Under the pieces are notes generated by a model. That model did not search any database. It was not told where the DNA came from and saw only the letters and a program-made list of their open reading frames with translations. A stretch of 64,000 nucleotides of DNA from Scyliorhinus canicula. Lineage: Eukaryota. Shown here piece by piece: positions 27,471 to 38,812 of this stretch (its first letter is position 1; every line of letters starts with the position of its first letter). The stretch lies in contig NC_052157.1 in NCBI RefSeq assembly GCF_902713615.1, positions 111,369,524 through 111,433,523 on the forward strand, in the 5' to 3' direction. The position numbers and the translations under genes are program-made.

Positions 27471-27684
27471 AAGATTTAATTACCTGCAAACGCTCACATT
27501 CTAAGCATTGTCTGGCATCTTTGAATTTGTCTATATATATGTTTCTGGAACATACCTCTTCATTCACCTGAGGAAGGAGCAGTGTTCCGGAAGCTAATGT
27601 TTGAAACAAACATGTTGGACTTTAACCTGGTGTTGTAAGACTTCTTACTGTGCTCACCCCAGTCCAACGCCAGCATCTCCACAT
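27471..27684 (+). mobile_element. Short Penelope-type terminal repeat (copy 2), hammerhead mutated
   Basis: Same sequence as 49133-49358, but GAAA is changed to GGAA and the 3' strand of stem I is disrupted. Confidence 0.65.
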
Positions 27685-27772
27685 TAAAGTTGAATGAATC
27701 CTATGACTATTAAAAAAGATAAATGTTGCCAACTCTGGTTCAGTTGGTAGCACTCTCAGAAGCATTCTAATC

Positions 27773-28214
27773 CAGTAATGGGTAATCTATTCCTGAATGT
27801 GCTGCGTGTGTGGGCCACAAGATTGAAATCCAGCATGTTCAGTAACTGTTAGCCTTGAATTAAGATTGAATACATGCCAAATGTTTTAGAAGAAGTAATG
27901 GGAAATATTTAATTATTCATACATTAACAGAACTGTCATCAACTTCAAGTGGTAAGAACAAAATAAATATTTACACTTGACAGAGTGCACATGGGTCTCA
28001 GTCAATGTTGTGTGTAATCAGCATGCACCTAATTTCAGGGGCCCTTACTTTAGGTGTGTATTACTTCAGTCATAGCGAAAGGAAAAATGTTACATGGATT
28101 GAAACCAGCTACAACACTGTACGTGGGCAACAGTAAACAAAATGTCTCATAGACCGGACTTAGAACCCAGACGGGCCACATGTGGCCCCCGGGCCGCAGG
28201 TTGCCCCACCACTG
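27773..28214. mobile_element. hAT (Charlie-like) MITE with 8-bp TSD, inserted in an old Deu-type SINE
   Basis: Termini CAGTAATGGGTAATCT and AGGTTGCCCCACCACTG. Flanks TTCTAATC (27765) and CTCTAATC (28215). Confidence 0.7.
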
Positions 28215-28376
28215 CTCTAATCAGAAGGTTGTGATCCAACTCCTGAGACTTGAGCACAAAATCCCACCTGGCATTCCAGAGTGCTGCAGTCAGAGCTGCT
28301 GTCTTTGTAATAAATGTTATTTTGCCACTGAGTGGCAAAGGGACAGTTTCTGCTTTGCGTCCCTAACCCCTAACCA

Positions 28377-28547
28377 GGGGCTGGTTTAGCTCACAAGGCT
28401 AAATCACTGGCTTATAAAGCAGACCAACAGCACGGTTCGATTCCCGTACCAGCCTCCCCGGACAGGCGCCGGAATGTGGCGACTAGGGGCTTTTCACAGT
28501 AACTTCATCGAAGCCTACTCGTGACAATAAGCGATTTTCATTTTCAT
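28377..28547 (+). mobile_element. Short SINE with a different tRNA-like head; second copy at 59463-59638(-); related head at 55160-55362
   Basis: GGGGCTGGTTTAGC..GGTTCGATTCCCGTAC head joined to the same tail as the 45568 type, ending (TTTCA)n. Confidence 0.85.
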
Positions 28548-29057
28548 ACATGCAGGCACCAGTCTTTTGCTGCCAGTTTTGCCCAGTAACGACAGTGAAC
28601 TTTGAAAGCCTTGTCATGATCGCATTGCTGCTGGTGAGACCTTGCTGCACACGAATTAGTTGGGTGAAGCTTTTCTTCCATGACAGCAGTGATCGCTCTC
28701 CAAATGTAATGGAGGTGGAAGGTGCTATGGAAATGCAAGTTAGTCTTCTTTTTAAAAAAAATTCGCATGAGTCTGGCCAGAGGCCCCAAGCCGGGCCTGT
28801 AATGAACAGTCTCCTCACCTGCATCGGTAACTTTTCTGAAGCGGCTGTCCCAGCTCTTTAAACGGGCCACGCTGGCCCAATGGGATTCAAATCAGGCCCC
28901 GGGCACAGACTTTACACCAAATGGTCACCGTGTTAGGGTCGGCCTGGGGGAGTTACCCACGCTTTATTGCTGCTCTCGCAAAGTTGCTGCTCGATCCGAT
29001 GAGAAGTTCCCGCCGAATGCGGAACGAGCGCGCTCACATCTAACGCTCGCGCCCGTA

Positions 29058-29536
29058 CCGGCGTTTGGCATCTGCGCACTCTCCGCTGTGCCGGCCGTTA
29101 GCGTCTGCGCACTCTCCGCCGTGCCGGCCGTCGGCGTCTGCGCACTCTCCGCCGTGCCGGCCGTTGGCGTCTGCGCACTCTCCGCAGTGCCGGCCGTTGG
29201 CGTCTGCGCACTCTCCACTGTCGGCCGTTGGCGTCTGCGCATGCGCACTCAGCCGTGGCGGCCGTTGGCGTCTGCGCACTCTCCGCCGTGCCGGCCGTTG
29301 GCGTCTGCGCACTCTCCGCTGTGCCGGCCGATGGCGCCTGCGCACTCTCCGCTGTGCCGGCCGTTGGCGTCTGCGCCTGCGCACTCTCCGCTGTGCCGGC
29401 CATTGGCGTCTCCGCCTGCGCACCGCTGTGCCGGCCTTTAGCGTATGCGCACTCTCCGCTGTGCCGGCCGTTGGCGTCTGCGCCTGCGCGCTCTCCGCTG
29501 TGCCGGTCATTGGCGTCTGCACCTGCGCATTCTCCC
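29058..29536. repeat. GC-rich minisatellite, ~14 copies of a 33-bp unit (CCGGCCGTTGGCGTCTGCGCACTCTCCGCTGTG)
   Basis: Units read directly, with variants of 31-39 bp. Confidence 0.97.
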
Positions 29537-29625
29537 CCGGCGCAAGCGCCTTCTCCGGACCTGATGTCGCAGGTGTCATGGTGGCTATACTCGATTAGGG
29601 CCGGTGGCATTGCGTCTGAGGGACC

Positions 29626-29730
29626 ATGGCCGCGGACGACACCGGGCGGCCAAGTTGTGGTTGCAAAGGGATCCGTTCATGCCTGCTGTGTGAGCGGAGC
29701 GGGCTTGAACTGCTCGCCCAGTTCCAGCGG
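29626..29730 (+). CDS. ALKBH4: ALKBH4 exon 1 (MAADDTGRPSCGCKGIRSCLLCERSGLELLAQFQR)
   Basis: Kozak accATGG, conserved CGCKGIRxCLxCE motif of ALKBH4, GTAAGA donor at 29731. Confidence 0.93.
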
Positions 29731-31004
29731 GTAAGAGAATAACACTGTATCTGGGCTGTGAAAACTGATTCATGAAAAAGATGAATGGATAGAGCAGCAA
29801 TAAATATCATCTCTAAACCCTGAAACATTCACTCGATACTGCCTGAGCTTGTTGTGTATTTCAACTCGTTTTTATTTTAGATTCCCAGCAGCGTTTTACT
29901 ATTGTGTTAATATAATTGTAATAAAAAACACAATAATAATTGCAATTTAAACCCTGCAATGTTAGAAACCTTGAACTGGGAAGAAATACGGAGCACGTCA
30001 GTCAGCGAATGAAAAGTGGTGAGGGTGCGGTGCACCCCTCTCATTTGGATAGGATCTTATACCCAAATACATTTGGTTCTGACGGTTAACCATTGTGTCT
30101 ACCACTGTACCAAATATTACTGTACTTGGGTCCAAATAGCCTCAAACAGTGGACCCAGTTTTGACCCTGGCCTCCGGTCACTGTCCGTGTGGAGTTTGCA
30201 CATTCTCCCCGTGTCTGTGTGGATCTCACCCCCACAGCTCACAAAGATGTGCAAGATAGGTGAATTAGCCACGCTAAATTGGAAAAATAGAATTGCGTAC
30301 TCTAAATGTATTTTTTTAAACTTCCATACAGCAAAAGCCTCTAATATGTGGTGAGTATTGAGTAGGAGAGAAGTTAATGACTTACTATTGACAAAATTCA
30401 ACTACATCCTTATGCAGTCCAGGCCAATAAATATGTTTTTGTATTTTTTCCTGAGTTTTCCTTACTCCTAAATGCCCCCATACTGGAACCTCGTGTGCTA
30501 CCCACAACGTCTTCTTTTTATAATCCACAGGTAATATGACTTGGTGAGCCTCTGCCCATTTCTCATCTGCCTGAATATGTAATGGTCTTCACTTTCTCAA
30601 TATATTATTTCTAATGTAATAACAGTCCGGTATGCACTCGGATTCTATTTCAGTATAGGCATTGTGATACAACTGTTTTATCTCTGAATCCTTCTGTAGT
30701 AACTCTGCCAACTCTTCTGAACTAAAGATATCAGCTTCATCCTCCACCTGCTCTTGTCCTTTATCAACAAACTGATCAAAGGTTGTTCCTGATAACTGTA
30801 CCGAGCCTCCCTATCTTCACTCCTTAATTTCTCCTCCTGCCTCAATCTGTGGCTTTGTGTTACCACAATCACACCCCATGCTTCTTGTAGCACCTCAGTT
30901 GGTTGACTTTTCATCGGCTTTTTAACCATCGTAGGCATTACTTCTCGCAGTGATCCAGCTGTATCACTACCCAGGATAAACTGTACCCTTGAAAAAGAGA
31001 ATTT

Positions 31005-32287
31005 ATTTTTGTATTAGTGAGAGGCAGCACGGTTTTGTGAAGGGGAGGTTGTGTCTCACTAACTTGATAGAGTTTTTCAAAGAGGTCACAAAGATAATTG
31101 ATGCAGCTAGGGCAGTGGATGTTGTCTATGTGGATTTCAGTAAGGTCTTTGGCAAGATCCCTCATGGCAGACTGGTACAAAAGGTGAAGTCACATGGGAT
31201 CAGGGGTGAGCTGGCAAGATGGATACAGAGCTGGCTAGGTCATAGAAGGCAGAGAGTAGTTATGGAAGGGTGCTTTTGTGATTGGAGGGCTGTGACTAGT
31301 GGTGTTCCGCACGGATCAGTGCTGGGACCTTTGCTGTTCGTAGTATATATAAATGATTTGGAGGAAAATGTAACTGGTCTGATTAGTAAGTTTGCAGACG
31401 ACACAAAGGTTGGTAGAATTGTGGATAGTGATGAGGACTGTCAGAGCAGCACGATTTAGATCGTTTGGAGACTTGGGCGGAGAGATGGCAGATGGAGTCT
31501 AATCCGGACAAATGAGGTAATGCATTTTGGAAGGTCTAATGCAGGTAGGAAATAGACAGTGAATGGTAAATCCCTTAAGAGTATTGACAGTCAGAGAGAT
31601 CTCGGTGCACAGGTCCACAGGTCACTGAAAGGGACAACACAGGTGGAGAAGGTAGTCAAGGCATACGACATGCTTGCCTTCATTGGCCGGGGCATTGAGT
31701 ACAAGAATTGGCAAGTCATGTTGCAGTTGTACAGAACCTTAGTTAGGCCGCACTTGGAGTATAGTGTTCAATTCTGGTTGCGACACTACCAGAAGGATGT
31801 GGAGGCTTTAGAGAGGGTGCAGAAGAGATTTACCAGGATGTTGCTAGGTATGGAGGGCATTAGCTATGAGGAGCGGTTGAATAAACTCGCTTTGTTCTCA
31901 CTGGAACGACGGAGGTTGAGGGGCGACCTGATAGAGGTCTACAAAATTATGAGAGGCATAGAGTGGATAGTCAGAGGCTTTTTCCCAGGGTAGAGGGGTC
32001 AATTACTAGGGGGCATAGGTTTAAGGTGCGAGGGGCAAGGTTGAGAGGAGATGTACAAGGCAAGTTATTTTACACAGAGGGTAGTGGGTGCCTGGAACTC
32101 GCTGCCGGAGGACATGGTGGAAGCAGGGACGATAGTGACATTTAAGGGGCATCTTGACAAATGCATTAATAGGATCGGAATAGAGGGATACGGACCTAGG
32201 AAGTGTAGAAGATTTTAGTTTCGACGGGCAGCATGATCGGCACAGGCTTGGAGGGCCTGTTCCTGTGCTGTACTTTTCTTTGTTCTT
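31005..32287 (+). mobile_element. 5'-truncated CR1 LINE with frameshifts
   Basis: RT motifs QHGF..FADD across broken ORFs 30989/31559/31963. Tail ctgtgctgtacttttctttgttcttt. Confidence 0.92.
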
Positions 32288-32740
32288 TATTCTCTATTAC
32301 TCCTACCACCACTTTTCACTGGACTCTCTAACCTTACGTCACATAATGGAATGCTACTCACTTTACCATTAATTCCACCTTTGCTGTTAATACTCCTCTA
32401 CATACCTCCTTATCTGTCACCATTAAAGATTGACTTTCTCCTGTATCCCTTAAGATTGTAACCTCCTTACGGACTCCATTTTGTTCATGAGTAAACTATA
32501 CCTTCACAAAAAAATCTTTAAAAAGATCTGACACCTGCTTATCAATCAACCTCTGAACAAACTGCACACACTTTTGCACCTCTTCAGCTGCAATCATATT
32601 TTATTGGCATTTTAATAAATCCCACTGGCGTATCCTGTTTTAAAGTGTCCATCTTCCCAGTACTTTTCTTAAACCACCAACTCTGCAACTTTGTGTGCTG
32701 AATTTTATTACAATAATTACAATAATTACAAATATTACTA

Positions 32741-34514
32741 TGACTCGAGTAAGATTAGGGCCAATCAAGGATAGTAGTGGAAAGTTGTGTGTGGAATCAG
32801 AGGAGATAGGGGAAGCATTAAATGGATATTTTTCGTCAGTGTTTACACTGGAGAAAGACAATGTTGTCGAGGAGAACACTCAGGTTCAGTCGACCAGGCT
32901 AGATGGAATTGAGGTTCAAAAGGAGGAGGTGTTAGCAATTTTAGAAAATGTCAAAATAGATAAGTCCCCTGGGCCAGATGGGATTTATCCTCGGATTCTC
33001 TGGGAAGCCAGGGAGGAGATTGCTGAGCCTTTGTCCTTGATCTTTATGTCGTCTTTGTCGACAGGAATAGTGCCGGAAGACTGGAGGATAGCAAATGTTG
33101 TCCCCTTGTTCAAGAAGGGGAGTAGAGACAACCCTGGTAATTATAGACCTGTGAGCCTTACTTCAGTTGTGGGTAAAATGTTGGAAAAGGTTATAAGAGA
33201 TAGGGTTTATAATCATCTTGAAAAGAACAAGTTGATTAGCGTTACTCAACACGGTTTTGTGAAGGGTAGGTCATGTCTCACAAACCTTATTGAGTTTTTT
33301 GAGAAGGTGACCAAACAGGTGGATCAGGGTAAAGCTGTTGATGTGGTGTATATGGATTTCAGTAAGGCGTTTGATAAGGTTCCCCACGGTAGGCTATTGG
33401 AGAAAATAAGGAAGTATGGAATTGAAGGTGATTTAGCGGTTTGGATCAGTAATTGGCTAGCTGAAAGAAGACAGAGGGTGGTGGTTGATGGCAAATGTTC
33501 ATCCTGGAGTTCAGTTACTAGTGGTGTACCGCAAGGATCTGTTTTGGGGCCACTGCTGTTTGTCATTTTTATAAATGACCTGGAAGAGGGTGTAGAAGGA
33601 TGGGTTAGTAAATTTGCAGATGACACGAAGGTCGGTGGAGTTGTGGATAGTGCTGAAGGATGTTATAGGATACAGAGGGACATAGATAAGCTGCAGAGCT
33701 GGGCTGAGAGGTGGCAGATGGAGTTTAATGCGGAAAAGTGTGAGGTGGTTCACTTTGGAAGGAGTAACAGGAATGCAGAGTACTGGGCTAATGGCAAGAT
33801 TCTTGGTAGTGTAGATGAACAGAGAGATCTCGGCATCCAGGTACATAAATCCCTGAAAGTTGCCACCCAGGTTAATAGGGCTGTTAAGAAGGCATATGGT
33901 GTGCTAGCCTTTATAAGCAGGGGGATTGAGTTTCGGAACCACAAGGTCATGCTGCAGCTGTACATAACTCTGGTGCGGCCACACCTGGAGTACTGCGTGC
34001 AGTTCTGGTCACCACATTATAGGAAGGATGTGGAAGCTTTGGAAAGGGTTCAGAGGAGATTTACTAGGATGTTGCCTGGTATGGAGGGAAGGTCTTACGA
34101 GGAAAGGCTCAGGGAATTGAGGTTGTTTTCGTTAGAGAGGAGAAGGCTGAGAGGTGACTTAATAGAGACATATAAGATAGTCAGAGGGTTAGATAGGGTG
34201 GACAGTGAGAGTCTTTTTCCTCGGATGGTGATGACCAACACGAGGGGACATAGCTTTAAATTGAGGGGTGGGAGATATAGGACAGATGTCAGAGGCAGTT
34301 TCTTTACTCAGAGAGTAGTAGGGGTGTGGAACGCCCTGCCTGCAATAGTAGTAGACTCGCCAACTTTAAGGGTATTTAAGTGGTCACTGGATAGACATAT
34401 GGATGAATATGGAATAGTTTAGGTCAGATAGGCTTCAGATGGTTTCACAGGTCGGCGCAACATCGAGGGCCGAAGGGCCCGTACTGCGCTGTAGTGTTCT
34501 ATGTTCTATGTTCT
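32741..34514 (+). mobile_element. Young 5'-truncated CR1/HER1-like LINE with uninterrupted reverse transcriptase ORF (to 34422)
   Basis: KSPGPDG, NYRPVSLTS, QHGF, DFSKAFDKVPH, GVPQGSVLGP and FADD motifs with no stops. The 3'UTR ends in a (GTTCTAT)n tail. Confidence 0.95.
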
Positions 34515-37335
34515 AAAACACCTGGGTTTTCTTATCTCTCTTTCACCCGCATAGGTTTCCTTTGTAATCTGAGGCAAAAGATCTGTAATATCTCCAATTA
34601 TACCTCCTTTACCTTGACTACCTGCGGATTTTTAATTTCCTCAGTTTCTAATGTAATGTCGAAAACCAAACCTTAATTTATGAATTAATTCAAAATTGTT
34701 TGCCATTTCTGCTGCCTGTCTCGCAGACTTCACCCTTTCCTCTTCCAAATGAGTTTTCTCTACTGCAAGAAGTGAATCTTTAAATTATTCCAGAATCATT
34801 TCACTAAGAGCTTCAAACGTTCGGTCTATTTTTAATGATATTATCCACCTATCAAAATAATTTTGTTTGATTTTGTTCAGGTTCTATATACACCTGACCT
34901 GGTTCTTTCCTTATGTTTCTGAACTTCTGTCTGTAGGTTTTTGGCACTAGTTCTTCTCACCTCATCATAATTCCCTGATACCACCTCTGACAATAATGCA
35001 AACACTTCACTAGCTCTACCTACGAGTTTTGACTGAACCAACAATACCCACATGGTTTTTGGCCAATTCAATTGTTTAGCTACTTTCTCAAAAGTGATTT
35101 AAAAATGCGTCCGCATCTTACTCGTCAAACCTTGATAACGCTTGAACATATTCGCACTAGGATTTGGACTGTGAAATGTTACTCCTTCCTCTTGACTTTC
35201 CTCAACTTCTGCCTTTAAGTTGACATTCTCTCCCTCTCCTTTTCCCTTTCTTTTGCTAATCTTTCAATTTCCAGGTCAGGTTTCCTCAGTTTAATTTCCT
35301 TTCGAAAAGCTCTTCCTCTTTCTTTTTGCTACATTTCTAATTGTTTAATTTACAATTGAATTTTAGCTAATTCCACTGATTCTTGACACGGCCAAGGCTA
35401 TAGTTTTGGCATCTCTTCCAAATTTAAATACTGAACGATTGCTTCAATTATCTCTACCTTCCTCGCCGCTGCAGATAAATTCAACCGCAACTTGCCTGCC
35501 AATTCTAAAAGCTTTGTTTTAACCACGCTTTGTAACCCACCCCGATTATTTCTTCCACACCCAGAAAACTCTGAGCCTCAGAAAGAGCCATTTTACGAGT
35601 CACTCCTTATTAAACTGACAGAGTATCGACACCTGAAAACAGCAGTTCCCCACATTCGCTGTCTTTAGATTTAATAATCCCAAGGCAAACCAGGAATTAT
35701 AAGTTTTAAATCCCACCAAAAGAGCATGTTTTATCGCTTTTGAGACAGTAGCTAAACAATTGAATTGGTTAAAAACAAGTGGGTTTTTAAGGCTAGAAGC
35801 CCAATTTGTTATGGGATTCCAGACGAGAACCCAACTTTTGACTTTGGAAAATTGTGAGGAAATGTTACTGCACCACAGGAGTGCTAACATTGACCAGCAG
35901 ACAGCTTTTATGGTAAAACAAACTTTAATTTAAACACAGAAGTAAACACATTAGCGACAGAAAAAGCTTACATTTAGCAGTTACACGTTTTACTTGTTTT
36001 TTAACCTTGCCTCTTGTATAGATTCCAATTAAGCAAACCAACATCTCTTGAATACTACTCATGGATGAAGTTAACGAGGGCTTCCACTTTCTTTTATTGG
36101 TACAAAGGCCTTTTAGACAGAGAGAGCTTTAAGAGCAAACTGAACCCTGACTTTCCAGCTTTGGTGTTCCAGAAGCAACTAACAAACCTGTCCCATTAAC
36201 TGCCATCAGCAATCCAAAAGGACACTACATACTAATACAAACTTTAAACCATTGCATAGAATTTTAAAAAAGTTTATCCTCATCTCGCCTTTGCTTGTCT
36301 TGCCAATCACCAAATCTTGACCATTCCACGAATGAAAAATTTCTACTCTGCCCAGACCCTTTGTGATTTTGAATAGAAATGGGCATGAATGGTCTTGGCA
36401 ATGTAGTAAATGTGATGTTTAAAAGTTTAACTTGGGTGGCCAGGTTTCGTGTGAACAAGCAGTTGATGTCTGAGGTGGAAAATGCTGATGGGAATCAACT
36501 GCGATGGCTTCAGTCTTATAGGTGTTGAACTGAAGAAAGTTCTAGCTCATATGGCTCAGGTGGCAACTGTTCCTTCATACCACCTAAATTCAAAATGTTT
36601 ATTCTGATGAGGTAATAACAGTCCTCACTCCACTGTAAAACATATTGGAGATGGTTGGTCCTGAAATGGTAGTTGCTGGAGGCTGTTAGTTATCGTTTCG
36701 TAGGTCTTAATGAAATTGTCATATTCTTACATCAGTTAGCTGTATGTATTTATTAACTATAGGAACTATGTACATATATACAGTAAAGGGTTCAAGCTCG
36801 TAGCTGTCTCCCTGCTTGCTTCTGCATACTGCTCTGTCCAAAACTAAACTGACTCCTAAGTGCAGGCCATGTGTGCTCTGACATCATTGTGTGGATGGTA
36901 CTGTACTCAGGCCAATATGCAACGGTAATGTAATTAATTCTATTCCGCTATGAGAAATGGCTTCCCTTAAGTGCCTTAGCTATTCCACAGAATATTTTTA
37001 CAATGTATTTTAATAGCTCCCTCCTTCTTGGTATTTTTCCAATAGAACACCCTGACCCAGGAAATTGACCCCTGTTAAGCACCTCTAAGAATCAAAGCAG
37101 CTGATACAGCATTTGCAACATTGTGGCTGTACACCAGATCTTGTCCCAGAGTGTCCCAACATTTTGAATTTTTGCCTTTTGTTTTGTACTAATGAGTCAC
37201 AGTCTTATCTCTAATGTTTTCTTGCAAGTATATGAATTAACTCACTTTATTTGCTGCGCTGCTGGAGTAATTGCTCATTTATCAGTGTTCCTGAAGAAGA
37301 CGAAACACATATTGTCACAAATGCTCTTTCCACAG

Positions 37336-37533
37336 GGAAAGTACCACTTCACTTATCATCCCACGTCGGGCTTGGCAATAGGGGATGACTCCTCTAGTTT
37401 AAGTGGCTGGGCTTTTCCATTTCCTGGAGTATCTTTATCGGACAATTTTGTGAATGAAGAGGAGGAAACCAAACTGGTGAACTTGATGGATGGCGACGAG
37501 TGGAAGCCCTCACAGTCTGGACGCAAGAAACAG
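37336..37533 (+). CDS. ALKBH4: ALKBH4 exon 2
   Basis: cacag acceptor, 198 nt, GTTAGG donor. GWAFPFPGV...WKPSQSGRKKQ matches ALKBH4. Confidence 0.95.
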
Positions 37534-38812
37534 GTTAGGTTTCCCAGTCACCGAGTAAACCATGTTACATATGGGTCACTGTCAGAACACTACAGTATTT
37601 ATACATTCAGCTTTGCAGCACATTTTTCCCCTGGGTGAATGACAGACTATTAGGTTTTCAGTTATTTTCTGAGTGATTAGAGGAAGTAGCTTAATATTTC
37701 ACTTATTTTGTGTTTGACAGAGTCTCAGCATTGGCACAAACTAATTCTCCATCACTTTGTGACACTATCATTTTTACAGGTCCCAATTACATTGGACCTG
37801 CCTTCTGTCAGTTCTTACAACTATATGATTGTATTTGTTGCGTTCCAAAGTGTAATTTAATACAAATCAAACTTCGGATTCTAAAGTAACCTGTCACTAT
37901 TATTTTTTTAATACCATGCACTCATACATGATCATTCCAGGTTTCCTAGTTTGGAAGTTTGCTTTCCTGTCTTTTCTATTCCTCAATATAGTAATATCCT
38001 CAATCTCTGGGGGCATGATGTTGAACACCGTCGCTTAACTGGAAGCGCTCCATTGAGCTTTCACTTTACTTTTTATTGAATGTTTTTGTTTCATCAACTC
38101 ATTGAGTTGAAGGAGTTACTGAGATTGGCAAGCACACATCAATGATTGATGCACAATCATTAATCAAATTTATTTCTTTTGAACATAATTTAAATCCCCG
38201 AGTGTCAATATCACATTTGAATTTGCAGTTAGTTAAGCAAGATAATATGTTGTCATATCCTGATGCTTGCCAAGACCTGAAAAGGAAATATGTTGTATTT
38301 ATCCAGCAGCTTTCACATCATCAGTACTTTTTGAAGTGCAGTCATGTCAGTAATACTGGAAAACAAGGGAACCAATATGTGTACAGTAAGATTACACAAG
38401 AGTAATCAATGAACAGATCTAATTTTTAGTAATATCGGTTGAAGGCTAAATGATAACTCACTCTAAGAATATCAGTAAAAGCTGCTTTGTATTGTTGGGT
38501 CCTGTGATGTTTCACTTGTGAAAATAGGCATTTTTGTCATTTGAACAAAACTGGCAGTTAACTGTTTCATGCTGCATTTCCCATGGCAACATCTCCATCT
38601 ATCACAGAGTCCACTTGTCATTCAATAAACACTCTCTTCTCATGCAGTATAAATCATTGTTCCTCCATTACTATTTGGTCATTTCTTACCACCTACCCCA
38701 TTGAGCGCAAGACAAAATGCTTAGACAGCAAGTCTCTTTTTTCAACAATACTGTAGTTATTTTTCTTGGATTTTTGTCCAGTTTACTCATCTATTTCTTT
38801 GTCAACAAACAG

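Larger units (their letters stand above)
28780..29735. promoter_or_regulatory. CpG island / bidirectional promoter of LRWD1 and ALKBH4
   Basis: Very GC- and CpG-rich island between divergent genes. E2F-type TTCCCGCC at 29007-29014 and multiple NRF1-type motifs. Confidence 0.8.
30388..36250 (-). mobile_element. Gmr1-like Gypsy LTR retrotransposon relic (LTR-gag-PR-IN), interrupted by two CR1 LINEs
   Basis: LTR end at 35807. gag ATG at 35591 and FEKVAKQLNWPKTMWVLLVQSKLVGRA. Zinc knuckle split by the CR1. Protease EVTILRDTGESQSL at ~32420-32465. Integrase HHCC VAHEVPVWGHLGVRKT..YWPGLHKDVVEFC at ~30390-30500. Confidence 0.8.

Noticed and set aside
27564-27600. Second active hammerhead
   Set aside because: GAAA is mutated to GGAA and the 3' strand of stem I (ATGT) no longer pairs.
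29058-29536. CRISPR-like array
   Set aside because: Units are contiguous with no unique spacers, there are no cas genes, and the DNA is vertebrate.
28964-29734. Long ORFs in several frames with 11-aa periodicity (TPTAGTAESAQ)n, superficially antifreeze- or mucin-like
   Set aside because: They are a by-product of a stop-free 33-bp GC-rich repeat. Unit-length variants shift between frames, and the region is the promoter.
32695-34422. 575-aa ORF as a host or domesticated gene
   Set aside because: It is a 5'-truncated CR1 ORF2 with LINE 3'UTR and tail. The N-terminal residues come from flanking junction sequence.
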